Shown: piece after piece, positions 17,444-26,364 of the stretch
Position numbering within the stretch: position 1 is the stretch's first letter
How the letters are laid out: each line of letters starts with the position of its first letter
From: an uncultured Chitinophagales bacterium
GTDB taxonomy: Bacteria > Bacteroidota > Rhodothermia > Balneolales > CAYWCV01
Direction: 5' to 3'
Assembly: GCA_964481355.1 (NCBI GenBank)
Contig: CAYZWQ010000003.1
Span: 1-37,661, forward strand
Length of the DNA: 37,661 nt
The notes under the pieces: model-generated
The model's database searches: none
What the model saw: the letters and a program-made list of their open reading frames with translations, nothing else
What the model was told of the DNA's origin: nothing
Program-made: the position numbers and the translations under genes

Positions 17444-19609
17444 TCAGTTTGCCGGCCGATCGGTGCGAGGAACACGTCGAACATCCAATCCGGTGTGGCT
17501 GGCAATGAACGACAGCACGTCGGTGGCCTCGGCAATGACCATGGATGTCGGCTTACCGGCCCCGTGACCCGCATTGCTCTCGATCCGGATGATCATGGGA
17601 CGGTCTCCCGAATACTTGTTCTGTAACTCTGCGGCGAATTTGAAGCTGTGGGCCGGAACCACACGGTCGTCATGGTCGGCCGTGGTAACGAGTGTTGCTG
17701 GATACTCGACACCTTCCTTCACGTTGTGCAGCGGCGAGTACTTTATCAGGTATTCGAAGCCCTCAGGATCTTCACTGGTGCCGTAGTCGCTGGCCCAAGC
17801 CCAACCGATGGTGAACGTATGGTAGCGTAGCATGTCGAGCACGCCAACCGCAGGTATTGCGGCGGCAAATAGCTCCGGACGCTGCAACATCGTTGCTGCC
17901 ACCAACAAGCCACCGTTCGAACCGCCGCCGATGGCCAGATGTTCTGGCGATGTGTAGCCCGAATCGATCAGGAATTCGGCAGCCGCGATGAAATCGTCGA
18001 ACACGTTTTGCTTGCGTTCCTTCGTTCCGGCCAAGTGCCACTGTTCGCCGTACTCCCCTCCGCCGCGCAGGTTAGGCATGGCAAAGATGCCGCCCATCTC
18101 CATGAGCGCCAGGTGACTGACACTGAAAAACGGCGTCATGCTCACATTGAAGCCGCCGTATCCATATAGGAAGGTCGGATTGGAACCGTCTTTGACCAGC
18201 CCCTGCTTATAGGCGATAAACATGGGTACTTGTGTCCCATCCTTGCTGAAGTAGAAGTGTTGTTCCACGATGTACTCGTTGGGATTGAACGCGACTTCAG
18301 GTTGCCTGTAAACCGAACTCTGCTCAGTGGCAAAATCGTACCGAAACACGCTACTGGGGTAGTTGAAGGATGTGAAAGAGTAAAAGGTCTCCGTGTCGTT
18401 ACGGCTGCCAGTGAAACCGGCGGCAGTCCCAATTCCTGGCAATGCCAGCTCACCCCGTGGATTGCCCTCGAGGGTGTAGAAACGGATCTTCGAATACGCG
18501 TCCTTCAAGTAGGAAGCCACAAATTGGTTGTTAAGCATGCGAACCCACTGCAGGGTCTCCTCCGACTCGGGAATCAGCGTTTTCCACGATGAGGGCGACG
18601 GATTCGAAAGCTCGATGGCAACGAGCTTGTACTTCGGGGCATCCTTGTTGGTCACCACATAAAACAGGTCGCCGTCGTTGCCCACAATCGTGTAACTGGC
18701 ATCGAAGGCATCCAGGAACGGACGCACCTCAGCGTTCGGCCGACTCAGATCCTTCAAGAATACCCTCGACTTCGGGTCCGTGCCCTGCCAAATATTGATC
18801 ACCAAATAACGACCATCGAAGGTTACCATTGGACTAAATCCCCAATCGGGTTGATCGGGGCGCTCGTAGATGAGTACGTCTTCCGACTGATCGGTGCCTG
18901 CCACGTGGTACATGAGCATCGGATTGCGGTTCTGTCCGCTCAACTCCTGCCCTGCCACCGGCTCGGGATATCGCTGATAGAAGAACCCGCGGCTGTCCTT
19001 GGTCCAAGCACCACCCGAAAACTTGATATGCTTCAGGTGGTCGGCCAAGTCCTCGCCGGTTTCGATGTCGCGAATGAAAAACTCCGTCCAATCAGAACCG
19101 CTTCTAGATATGGCATACTGGATGTACTTGCCGTTGTCTGACACGCTCCACCCCCCCATGGCCACCGTGCCGTCGTCGCTCAGGGTGTTGGGGTCGATTA
19201 GCACACGAGCCTCACTGTCGAGGGCGTCCTGAACATATAGCACTGATTGGTTCTGAAGCCCGTCGTTGTAGGTGTAGAAGTATCGACCACCCGATTTCGT
19301 GGTGTTTCCAAAACGAGGGTAGTTCCAAAGCTCCGTAAGACGATCCTGGATGGCATCGCGCCCCTCTAACTGCTCGAGATACGGATAGGAAACGGCGTTT
19401 TGCGCCTGCACCCAGGCCTTCGTTTCGTCGGAATTGTCGTCCTCAAGCCAGCGGTAAGGATCGGCCACCAAGGTTCCGTGGTAGTTCTCGACAATCGAGT
19501 CCCTGCGCGTTTCGGGATAGGTGAGTCTGTCGGACTGTGGCGAGGTGCAAGACATAGGCAAGAGCAACGGCAAGAGCAAGAACAGGTGCCGGTTATTTAA
19601 TTTGAGCAT
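17444..19609 (-). CDS. Prolyl oligopeptidase (S9A serine peptidase), exported
   Basis: N-terminal beta-propeller region (YHG..V.DPYRWLED), catalytic GGSNGG, DHDDRV and GHGAG. Signal peptide MLKLNNRHLFLLLPLLLPMSC from the ATG at 19609. In-frame upstream ATGs at 19630 and 19651 lie inside a heptamer repeat array. The stop is 2 nt before the nth start. Confidence 0.9.
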   Translation of the reverse strand: MLKLNNRHLFLLLPLLLPMSCTSPQSDRLTYPETRRDSIVENYHGTLVADPYRWLEDDNSDETKAWVQAQNAVSYPYLEQLEGRDAIQDRLTELWNYPRFGNTTKSGGRYFYTYNDGLQNQSVLYVQDALDSEARVLIDPNTLSDDGTVAMGGWSVSDNGKYIQYAISRSGSDWTEFFIRDIETGEDLADHLKHIKFSGGAWTKDSRGFFYQRYPEPVAGQELSGQNRNPMLMYHVAGTDQSEDVLIYERPDQPDWGFSPMVTFDGRYLVINIWQGTDPKSRVFLKDLSRPNAEVRPFLDAFDASYTIVGNDGDLFYVVTNKDAPKYKLVAIELSNPSPSSWKTLIPESEETLQWVRMLNNQFVASYLKDAYSKIRFYTLEGNPRGELALPGIGTAAGFTGSRNDTETFYSFTSFNYPSSVFRYDFATEQSSVYRQPEVAFNPNEYIVEQHFYFSKDGTQVPMFIAYKQGLVKDGSNPTFLYGYGGFNVSMTPFFSVSHLALMEMGGIFAMPNLRGGGEYGEQWHLAGTKERKQNVFDDFIAAAEFLIDSGYTSPEHLAIGGGSNGGLLVAATMLQRPELFAAAIPAVGVLDMLRYHTFTIGWAWASDYGTSEDPEGFEYLIKYSPLHNVKEGVEYPATLVTTADHDDRVVPAHSFKFAAELQNKYSGDRPMIIRIESNAGHGAGKPTSMVIAEATDVLSFIASHTGLDVRRVPRTDRPAN

Positions 19610-19662
19610 AGGACGTTGAACACTGGACATTGGACATTGGACATTGGGCATTGGGCATTGGA
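19607..19662 (-). repeat. Heptanucleotide tandem array, 8 units (plus strand: catagga cgttgaa cactgga cattgga cattgga cattggg cattggg cattgga)
   Basis: Read directly. On the gene strand the unit is (T/C)CCAATG, giving an ATG every 7 nt across the 5' end of the prolyl oligopeptidase gene. Confidence 0.85.
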
Positions 19663-19750
19663 GCCCGAATTTATGAGATCTTACTGATCATGAGGTCATG
19701 GGAATATAGCAAATGATATGAATTCATTGAATATGACCCACACTGCCGGT

Positions 19751-19785
19751 CCCCGATCCCCGATCCCCGAACCCAGATCCGCAAC
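19751..19785. repeat. Heptanucleotide tandem array CCCCGAT CCCCGAT CCCCGAA CCCAGAT CCGCAAC
   Basis: Read directly in the divergent spacer between the prolyl oligopeptidase and methyltransferase genes. Confidence 0.75.
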
Positions 19786-19848
19786 TTCTTCCCCGTTTTT
19801 TCGAATGATATGCTATCTTACGAGGATGATCACCAGTATTGAACCAAC

Positions 19849-20436
19849 GTGAAGCACGTCGCTTTTTTTATCCGCAACATCCGCCATGTGGGAGCCGTGG
19901 CACCCAGCTCGCGATTCCTTACCAGCAGGATGGTGAAACCACTGCGCGATTTCGTCGAAGCTCCGGGTTCTGGTCCCGTCAGAGTGCTTGAGGTTGGTCC
20001 AGGCACCGGGGCTATGACGCAGTTCATACGCCCGCTCCTTCGGCCTGGCGACCATGCCGATGTGGTTGAGCTGAACCCAAAGCTTCACGAATATGTCAGC
20101 AGCAGGTACACGCACGAGGCCATCCATTTCCACAATGCGAACCTGCTCGACTTCGAAATCACCGAACCCTACGATTTCATTTTTTCGGGAGTGCCCTATG
20201 AGGCCCTCCCATCCGACGTGACCCGCATGCTGTGGCGCAAGAAGCTCGACGCCAGCCGAACCGGCACCGTCATCACCTATTTCAAGTACATCAACTTGGT
20301 CAACTTCCGCTCAAGGTATGAGCGACAAGTCGTCGACTGCTGCTGCGAAAAGGTGTCCTACGAGTTCCGCAACCTCCCCCCGGCTCGATTTTTCCGTCTC
20401 CGCGTGACCGACGAAGTGCGAAAAATGGTAGAGTGA
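19849..20436 (+). CDS. Class I SAM-dependent methyltransferase (COG3963/phospholipid N-methyltransferase-like)
   Basis: VGAVAPSS..L...M and motif I VLEVGPGTG. 195 aa, GTG start. Confidence 0.7.
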   Translation: MKHVAFFIRNIRHVGAVAPSSRFLTSRMVKPLRDFVEAPGSGPVRVLEVGPGTGAMTQFIRPLLRPGDHADVVELNPKLHEYVSSRYTHEAIHFHNANLLDFEITEPYDFIFSGVPYEALPSDVTRMLWRKKLDASRTGTVITYFKYINLVNFRSRYERQVVDCCCEKVSYEFRNLPPARFFRLRVTDEVRKMVE

Positions 20437-20508
20437 CCGCAGATCTATTTGATTTATGTGATCATTAGATCAGGAGAATTATTGAAGACAATTAATTGAT
20501 TCGGCTTG

Positions 20509-22926
20509 ATGTTCGCCAACATCGCATTCCCATCCCCCGTCAGGCAGCTGTTCACCTACAGGGTGCCCGACGACCTTCAGGGTGCCGTGACTCCCGGCAA
20601 AAGGGTCTGGGTTCCGCTAAGGGGACGGATGGCGATCGGCATGGTGATTCAGGTGCACGACACCGAGCCCGATTTCGAGTGCAGGCCCATCGTGCGCGTG
20701 CTCGACGCCGAGCCGGTGCTCGACGAGCACATGATCTGGCTGGTGCGCTGGATGCACCACTACTATTTCTGCAGCATCGGGGAAGCGGTGCAGGCCTCCT
20801 TGCCGGCAGGATACAACTTCATATCGGTGGGCTACCTTCAGCCAACGGGTAAAGAAGGCTTTCCAAAGAACTCGAAGGGCGCCCTGATCCTCGACGAAAT
20901 CCGCCACAGAGGCCGATACAACCTCAAAGAGGCCGAACGTCGCTGGGATGCCGAAAAGCGCCAGCTTAAAGACCTGATCCGGCAGGGATACCTCGAAATC
21001 TGGGAGGAGCCCGAACTGTCTGCCGACACGGGATCGGAGCTAGTATGGAACACCACCGACACCTTTACCGCCGAGAACGTGCTCGGCATCATCGAATCGT
21101 ACACCCACAAGAAAGCCCCCGCATGGGTTAAAGCCCTTAGCATCTTGCTCGAATGCGAGTTCCCCATCACCCAAGCCGAGGCTGCCACCCTTGGGCTCAC
21201 AACACCGCTGCTCAAGCGCATCGAAAAAGAGGGCATCATCCATTCGGCGAGCGAGGCGCTGCGATTCCGGATGAACATGAATGTGTCCCACGAACGACCT
21301 AAGACGCTCAATAAGACGCAGCTGCAAGCCCTCGAAAGCATCGAGGCGTCCATCCGGGCACGGCAACATAAATCATTCCTTTTGTTCGGTGTTACAGGCA
21401 GCGGCAAAACCGAGGTGTACATCCACGCCATACGGCAAGTGCTCGACCAAGGGCGATCGGCCATCGTATTGGTGCCGGAGATTGCCCTCACTCCGCAGAC
21501 GGTCCGCCGCTTCGCCGCAGTATTCGGCAACACCTTCGCCGTGCTTCACAGCCGCCTCTCAGACCGTGAGCGTATGCAGGCATGGACCGCCTTGCGAGAC
21601 GGGCACCTCAACCTTGTGATAGGAGCGCGTTCGGCCGTGTTTGCACCCGTCAAGAACTTGGGTATCGTGATCATCGACGAGGAGCACGACAGCAGCTATA
21701 AGCAGGAAGATCCCGCTCCACGATATCATGCCAGGGATGTGGCCATCATGAGGGCCCATCGAGAGGAAGCGGTGGTGCTCATGGGGTCGGCCACCCCTTC
21801 AATGGCTGCCTATAAGGCCGCACTTGAGAACAAATTCCAGTTGCTGGAGCTCCCAACGCGTCCCTTCTCTAACGTCCAGCCCGAGGTTCGGGTGCTCGAC
21901 CTTCGGCAGTATCGTTCCGCCATGCGTGGACCACTGGCTATACCGCTGTACAATGCCATCAAAGAACGGCTCGAGCGGGGCGAGCAGAGCCTTCTGCTGT
22001 ACAACAGGCGCGGATTTGCGAGCTATCTGCAGTGCCCGTCGTGTGGCGACATCCCGCAATGCCCATCCTGTTCGGTATCGCTCACCTATCACAAGCCCTT
22101 CAACCAACTCCGTTGCCATTATTGTGGATACTCGGTGCTGGCACATCGGAAGTGCACCAGTTGCGACTCCGGCGAGGAGCTCACGACGGCCGGATCGGGC
22201 ACTCAGCAGGTGGAGGACTCCATCATCGAGCTGTTCCCCGAGGCGCGGGTGCTCCGCATGGATCAGGACACCACCCGTGGCCGGTACGGGCACGAGCGGC
22301 TGCTCGGAGCCTTCGCCCGAGGCGAGGCAGATATCTTGGTGGGAACACAGCTCGTCGCGAAAGGGCTCGATTTCCCTAATCTGACACTTGCCGGAGTGGT
22401 GAATGCCGATACGGAGCTGGCGTTCCCCTCCTACCGCTCTGGCGAACGCATGTTCCAGCTGCTCACGCAGGTGTCTGGGCGCCCGGGAAGGGCCGAGAAA
22501 CCTGGCCTCGTGTATCTTCAGACCAAGCAGCCCGACCATCCGGCATTAATTTGGGCCAGCAAGCACGACTACAGGGGATTTGCCTCACAGGAGCTGCCCA
22601 TGCGTCGGGATTTGCTGTATCCACCGTATTCGAGGTTGATCACGGTCCTATTTCGTGCCGTCGATCCTAATGCGGTGCGCACTGCAGCGACGTTCTTCGG
22701 CATGGTGGTGAGGACCCATTACCCGAAGGTGCCGTTTTTGGGTCCGGCCCCATCCGTCATTGCCCGGTTGCACGGACAATTCCGCTGGGAGGCACAAATC
22801 AAGGCCGAGATGCACCGATACCGCGAAACCGAGCGCATGCTCGAAGTCATCGTAGCGACCTACGAACGCGACAAACCGAAGGAAGCGAACACCGTGAAGT
22901 ATGCCATCAACGTGGACGCCGTTTAG
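20509..22926 (+). CDS. priA: Primosomal replication-restart helicase PriA
   Basis: N-terminal 3'-DNA-binding domain. Walker A GVTGSGKTE, DEEH box IIDEEHD, and the Cys-rich Zn region CPSCGD..CPSCS...CHYCGY...CTSCDS. The ATG at 20509 sits one codon inside the TTG ORF-track start. Confidence 0.93.
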   Translation: MFANIAFPSPVRQLFTYRVPDDLQGAVTPGKRVWVPLRGRMAIGMVIQVHDTEPDFECRPIVRVLDAEPVLDEHMIWLVRWMHHYYFCSIGEAVQASLPAGYNFISVGYLQPTGKEGFPKNSKGALILDEIRHRGRYNLKEAERRWDAEKRQLKDLIRQGYLEIWEEPELSADTGSELVWNTTDTFTAENVLGIIESYTHKKAPAWVKALSILLECEFPITQAEAATLGLTTPLLKRIEKEGIIHSASEALRFRMNMNVSHERPKTLNKTQLQALESIEASIRARQHKSFLLFGVTGSGKTEVYIHAIRQVLDQGRSAIVLVPEIALTPQTVRRFAAVFGNTFAVLHSRLSDRERMQAWTALRDGHLNLVIGARSAVFAPVKNLGIVIIDEEHDSSYKQEDPAPRYHARDVAIMRAHREEAVVLMGSATPSMAAYKAALENKFQLLELPTRPFSNVQPEVRVLDLRQYRSAMRGPLAIPLYNAIKERLERGEQSLLLYNRRGFASYLQCPSCGDIPQCPSCSVSLTYHKPFNQLRCHYCGYSVLAHRKCTSCDSGEELTTAGSGTQQVEDSIIELFPEARVLRMDQDTTRGRYGHERLLGAFARGEADILVGTQLVAKGLDFPNLTLAGVVNADTELAFPSYRSGERMFQLLTQVSGRPGRAEKPGLVYLQTKQPDHPALIWASKHDYRGFASQELPMRRDLLYPPYSRLITVLFRAVDPNAVRTAATFFGMVVRTHYPKVPFLGPAPSVIARLHGQFRWEAQIKAEMHRYRETERMLEVIVATYERDKPKEANTVKYAINVDAV

Positions 22927-22981
22927 CCCCAGAATCGGATCGATTGTATAGGGGCATTGTAAAATTCCGTACCTTTAGCAC

Positions 22982-23650
22982 ATGCATTTCGACCCTGCAA
23001 AGTATGGTCCCTTTGATCCACGCGACATCCAGGATGCCGTGGAGGCGTTGATTTTTGCCTCGTCGGAACCCATGTCATCCAGTACCATTGTGTCTACGCT
23101 GCGTGAGGCAGACGAGCGTGTCGACCTTAACGACGCCGACATCGACCAACTCATCGACACGATCAACCAGGAGCTCTTGGAGCAACATCGCCCCTATGCC
23201 ATCGAAATGGTGGCCGGAGGCTATGCGTTCATGACGCGTTCGGAACAACACCGTTGGTTGCGTATCTTTCAACATCGCAATGCAGCGCGGCGGCTGTCGC
23301 CCTCGGCGCTAGAATCGTTGGCGGTGATTGCCTATAAGCAGCCCATCACCAAACCCGAGCTCGACATCATACGTGGGGTCGATTCTGGTTACGTAATCCG
23401 AAGCCTGCTCGAGAAGCACCTCATCGAGGTGGCAGGACGAGCTGAAACACCGGGGCGCCCGCTTTATTACCGTACATCCACTACATTCCTTGAACATTTT
23501 GGTCTGAATTCCGTATCCGAACTACCCAAGCCACGGGAGATTGAAGATATCCTCAAGGACGACGACATGGCCGAACACCGACAGCTCATGCTCGAACTCA
23601 AAGCCGAATTGGAACGGCAGCAGAATACGGCCAACACATCAGATTCCTGA
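22982..23650 (+). CDS. scpB: Segregation and condensation protein B (SMC-kleisin partner)
   Basis: EALIFAS.EP.S, two winged-helix repeats (LS.SALESLAVIAYKQPITK.E.D.IRGV), and GRPLYYRTS..FLE.FGL. Confidence 0.85.
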   Translation: MHFDPAKYGPFDPRDIQDAVEALIFASSEPMSSSTIVSTLREADERVDLNDADIDQLIDTINQELLEQHRPYAIEMVAGGYAFMTRSEQHRWLRIFQHRNAARRLSPSALESLAVIAYKQPITKPELDIIRGVDSGYVIRSLLEKHLIEVAGRAETPGRPLYYRTSTTFLEHFGLNSVSELPKPREIEDILKDDDMAEHRQLMLELKAELERQQNTANTSDS

Positions 23651-23658
23651 CATCCATT

Positions 23659-25368
23659 ATGAAATCCAAAGACAGAAACGCATCGTCCAGCGAGACGCCC
23701 AAGGACGACGCACCCCAAGAGCATAAGCGCAAGCAACGCATTCCCAAGAAGGGCTGGAGTCCGCCGCCGTTCGATGCCTTCGCCGAAGCCGACAGAAGCC
23801 GACCAAGAAACAGCGACCGACCTAAGCGTTCGTACGGCGACAAGCCTGCGTTCGGCGACAAACCCAAGCGCACCTTCGGCGACAAGCCCGCGTTCGGTGA
23901 CAAACCAAAGCGCTCCTATGGCGACAAACCCGCGTTCGGTGACAGACCAAAGCGCTCCTATGGCGACAAACCCGCGTTCGGTGACAGACCCAAGCGCACC
24001 TATGGCGACAAACCCGCGTTCGGTGACAGACCCAAGCGCACCTTCAACCGCGAGGATGCTGGTGCAGACCGGCCAAAGAGAAGCTTCAACCGTGAAGAGG
24101 CAGCACCAGAGCGTCCAAAGCGCAGCTTTGGCGACAAGCCCGCGTTCGGCGACCGTCCCAAGCGCACCTTCGGCGACAAGCCCGCGTTCGGCGACAGACC
24201 CAAGCGAACCTTTGGCGATAAACCCGCGTTCGGCGACCGTCCCAAGCGAACCTTCAACCGCGATGAATCGCGCAGTGGCCCATCCGATGAACCGCGTCGC
24301 AAATTTGGCCGTGGCGGTGTTCCGACCGAAGGAGCCGACAGCCCGTTTCCGCCTCGCAAGCGCCGTTCCGATAACGATGGACCGTCATTTGGCGACCGGC
24401 CAAAACGCCCGTTCAACAAAGACGGACCTGCCTTTGGCGACAAGCCGAAACGGGCCGGTTTTGGCGCTTCAAAACCCGGAACCCGCAAGCCCTTCGATCG
24501 GTCAGAGCGAAGCACTGGCGGCGATCGTCCGGCGCGCAAATCGGCACGTGACAACTTCAAAGGCTATGGACCCAAAGGCATTCGCAGCCGCGACGACGAG
24601 CCGACCCGAGGAGGCAAAGCCGAACCGAAGGCGAAAGTCGAGGAGGTGCGCCTGAACAAGTACATCGCCCACAGCGGGGTGTGCGCACGACGGGAGGCCG
24701 ACTCGCTCATCGAGACGGGCAAAGTGAAGGTCAACGGCAAGGTAGTGACCGAACTGGGCACCAAGGTAAAAACTACCGACAAGGTGATGGTCAACGACAT
24801 GACGATCCAGTTTGAGCCTTATAAATATGTGCTCATGCACAAGCCAAAGAATACCATCACCACAACAAGTGATGACAGAGGCCGTAAGACCGTAATGGAC
24901 ATCATCGAAAATGAGATCGGCGAGCGCTTGTACCCTGTCGGACGCCTCGACCGAAACACAACAGGAGTTTTATTGCTCACCAACGACGGTGATTTGGCCA
25001 ACCGCCTTATGCATCCGTCCTACAACGTCGGAAAGGTGTACCAAGCCGAAATCAACCGCGTACTTAACGATGACGAGCTCGACCAGCTTCGCAAAGGAAT
25101 CGAACTTGAAGATGGTCCTGCTAGGGCTTATAATGTAGTTCGTGGTTTGCTCGACCCCTATAGCATTGAGTTAGCCGTTCACGAGGGCAGAAATCACCTC
25201 GTTCGCAGGATGGTGGAAGCGTTGGGTGCCGAAATTATCAAACTTAAACGCAGCGAGTTCGCAGGTCTCGACCTTGACGACTTGCGCCCAGGTCGTTGGC
25301 GGTTTCTAAAAACTAGGGAAGTGAGCATCCTACGCACGAAAGTGAAGCTTCCCGATTTAAGAAAATAA
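23659..25368 (+). CDS. rluB: RsuA/RluB-family pseudouridine synthase with a ~330-aa basic repeat-rich N-terminal extension
   Basis: C-terminal 240 aa carry an S4 domain (RLNKYIAHSGVCARREAD) plus catalytic GRLDRNTTGVLLLTNDG. The N-terminus is low-complexity with 14-aa repeats D(R/K)PKR(S/T)(F/Y)GDKPAFG. Confidence 0.85.
   Translation: MKSKDRNASSSETPKDDAPQEHKRKQRIPKKGWSPPPFDAFAEADRSRPRNSDRPKRSYGDKPAFGDKPKRTFGDKPAFGDKPKRSYGDKPAFGDRPKRSYGDKPAFGDRPKRTYGDKPAFGDRPKRTFNREDAGADRPKRSFNREEAAPERPKRSFGDKPAFGDRPKRTFGDKPAFGDRPKRTFGDKPAFGDRPKRTFNRDESRSGPSDEPRRKFGRGGVPTEGADSPFPPRKRRSDNDGPSFGDRPKRPFNKDGPAFGDKPKRAGFGASKPGTRKPFDRSERSTGGDRPARKSARDNFKGYGPKGIRSRDDEPTRGGKAEPKAKVEEVRLNKYIAHSGVCARREADSLIETGKVKVNGKVVTELGTKVKTTDKVMVNDMTIQFEPYKYVLMHKPKNTITTTSDDRGRKTVMDIIENEIGERLYPVGRLDRNTTGVLLLTNDGDLANRLMHPSYNVGKVYQAEINRVLNDDELDQLRKGIELEDGPARAYNVVRGLLDPYSIELAVHEGRNHLVRRMVEALGAEIIKLKRSEFAGLDLDDLRPGRWRFLKTREVSILRTKVKLPDLRK
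23815..24276 (+). repeat. Eleven consecutive in-frame 42-bp tandem repeats inside rluB (14-aa unit D(R/K)PKR(S/T)(F/Y)GDKPAFG)
   Basis: Read directly: units start at 23815, 23857, 23899, 23941, 23983, 24025, 24067, 24109, 24151, 24193 and 24235. Several differ by only a few nucleotides. Units 6, 7 and 11 switch to a ...FNRE/D... tail. Confidence 0.9.
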
Positions 25369-25378
25369 GTTCATTGTC

Positions 25379-26248
25379 ATGAGTTTTGCTGTCAGAAAAG
25401 AAGATGGCTCCATCCTGTCTACCGAAGGATTGCCCATTCGCTACAACCTATACCTGCCACGTCCGGCCCAGGAGAACTTGCCCGTGGTTATTTTTGTGCA
25501 CGGCTTCATGGGCTTCAAAGACTGGGGGCCGTTCCCTGATGTCTGCTATGAGCTGGCCAGCCAAGGCTTCGCAGTGATCGGCATGGATTTTAGCCTCAAC
25601 GGCGTTTCGGGAGGATCCGACACCTTCGACCGACCCGATCTGCTTGAACGCGAGACGTTTACACAAGACCTCAACGACATCCGGTCTGTGATCGACGCCA
25701 TCATCTCGGGCGAGATCAAGGGTCCACAGGAAAACCTTGACCAATATCGCATCGGCATCATCGGCCATTCGCGTGGTGGCCACTGCGCCATCGTTGCCGC
25801 GGCCGAGTTCACCGAAATCGTGAGCATCGTCACATGGGCCGCCATAGCCGACTATACCCAACGGTGGGGCGAAAAACTCAAAAATGATTGGGACACCAAA
25901 GGCTACACCGAGGTAACCAACGAGCGCACCAAGCAAGTATTCAAAGTAGATCGAGTGGTTTACGATGACCTGCGTACCAACGCCGACCGCTTGCTAGCCA
26001 TCAACCGTGTGCGTGAACTCTACATCCCCTGCCTGTTTATCCATGGCAAGGACGACGAGTCGGTGCCCTATACCGAAGTGAACAGCCTATACGAAAACTG
26101 CCCAAGCTCCGACAAGAAACGGATCTTGATCGACGGCGGCACGCACACCTTCGGCGGCGTACACCCGTTCGTCGACGACGAACTGCCACCGAAGTTTCAG
26201 GAAGTGCTCGAACACACGACCTCGTGGTTTCGCGATACGATGAGGTGA
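25379..26248 (+). CDS. Alpha/beta hydrolase (dienelactone hydrolase/S9-like)
   Basis: Nucleophile elbow GHSRGG. Acid residue in IHGKDDESVP and His in GGTHTF. 10 nt downstream of rluB. Confidence 0.75.
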   Translation: MSFAVRKEDGSILSTEGLPIRYNLYLPRPAQENLPVVIFVHGFMGFKDWGPFPDVCYELASQGFAVIGMDFSLNGVSGGSDTFDRPDLLERETFTQDLNDIRSVIDAIISGEIKGPQENLDQYRIGIIGHSRGGHCAIVAAAEFTEIVSIVTWAAIADYTQRWGEKLKNDWDTKGYTEVTNERTKQVFKVDRVVYDDLRTNADRLLAINRVRELYIPCLFIHGKDDESVPYTEVNSLYENCPSSDKKRILIDGGTHTFGGVHPFVDDELPPKFQEVLEHTTSWFRDTMR

Positions 26249-26364
26249 GCGAGAAGCGAGAAAATGTTTATTTTGGGGTGATCTGTCAACATTTTTGACG
26301 ATTTATTTAAAGATTACTTGATCTGATGATCCTATTGATCAAATAGATCCGCGCTCAATCCTGT

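Noticed and set aside
19786-19802. T-run (CCCCGTTTTTTCG) as an intrinsic terminator
   Set aside because: There is no preceding GC-rich hairpin. The region lies between two divergently transcribed genes, so there is nothing upstream to terminate.
23815-24276. Possible CRISPR-like array, because of regular ~42-bp periodicity (also considered for the heptamer arrays)
   Set aside because: The units are contiguous with no unique spacers and are in frame within a CDS, or are only 7 nt long. No cas genes are present.
23774-24655. 293-aa alternative-frame ORF and the antisense ORFs 23598..23903 and 24000..24560 across the rluB repeats
   Set aside because: They are artefacts of the 42-bp tandem repeats, which keep all frames open. 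The annotated frame continues into a bona fide pseudouridine synthase domain.
26286-26300. GTCAA-CATTT-TTGAC hairpin followed by T-rich sequence as the terminator of the hydrolase gene (similarly TGATC-ATTA-GATCA at 20459-20472 after the methyltransferase gene)
   Set aside because: The stems are only 5 bp and AT-rich, so predicted stability is low. They are not convincing without 3'-end data.
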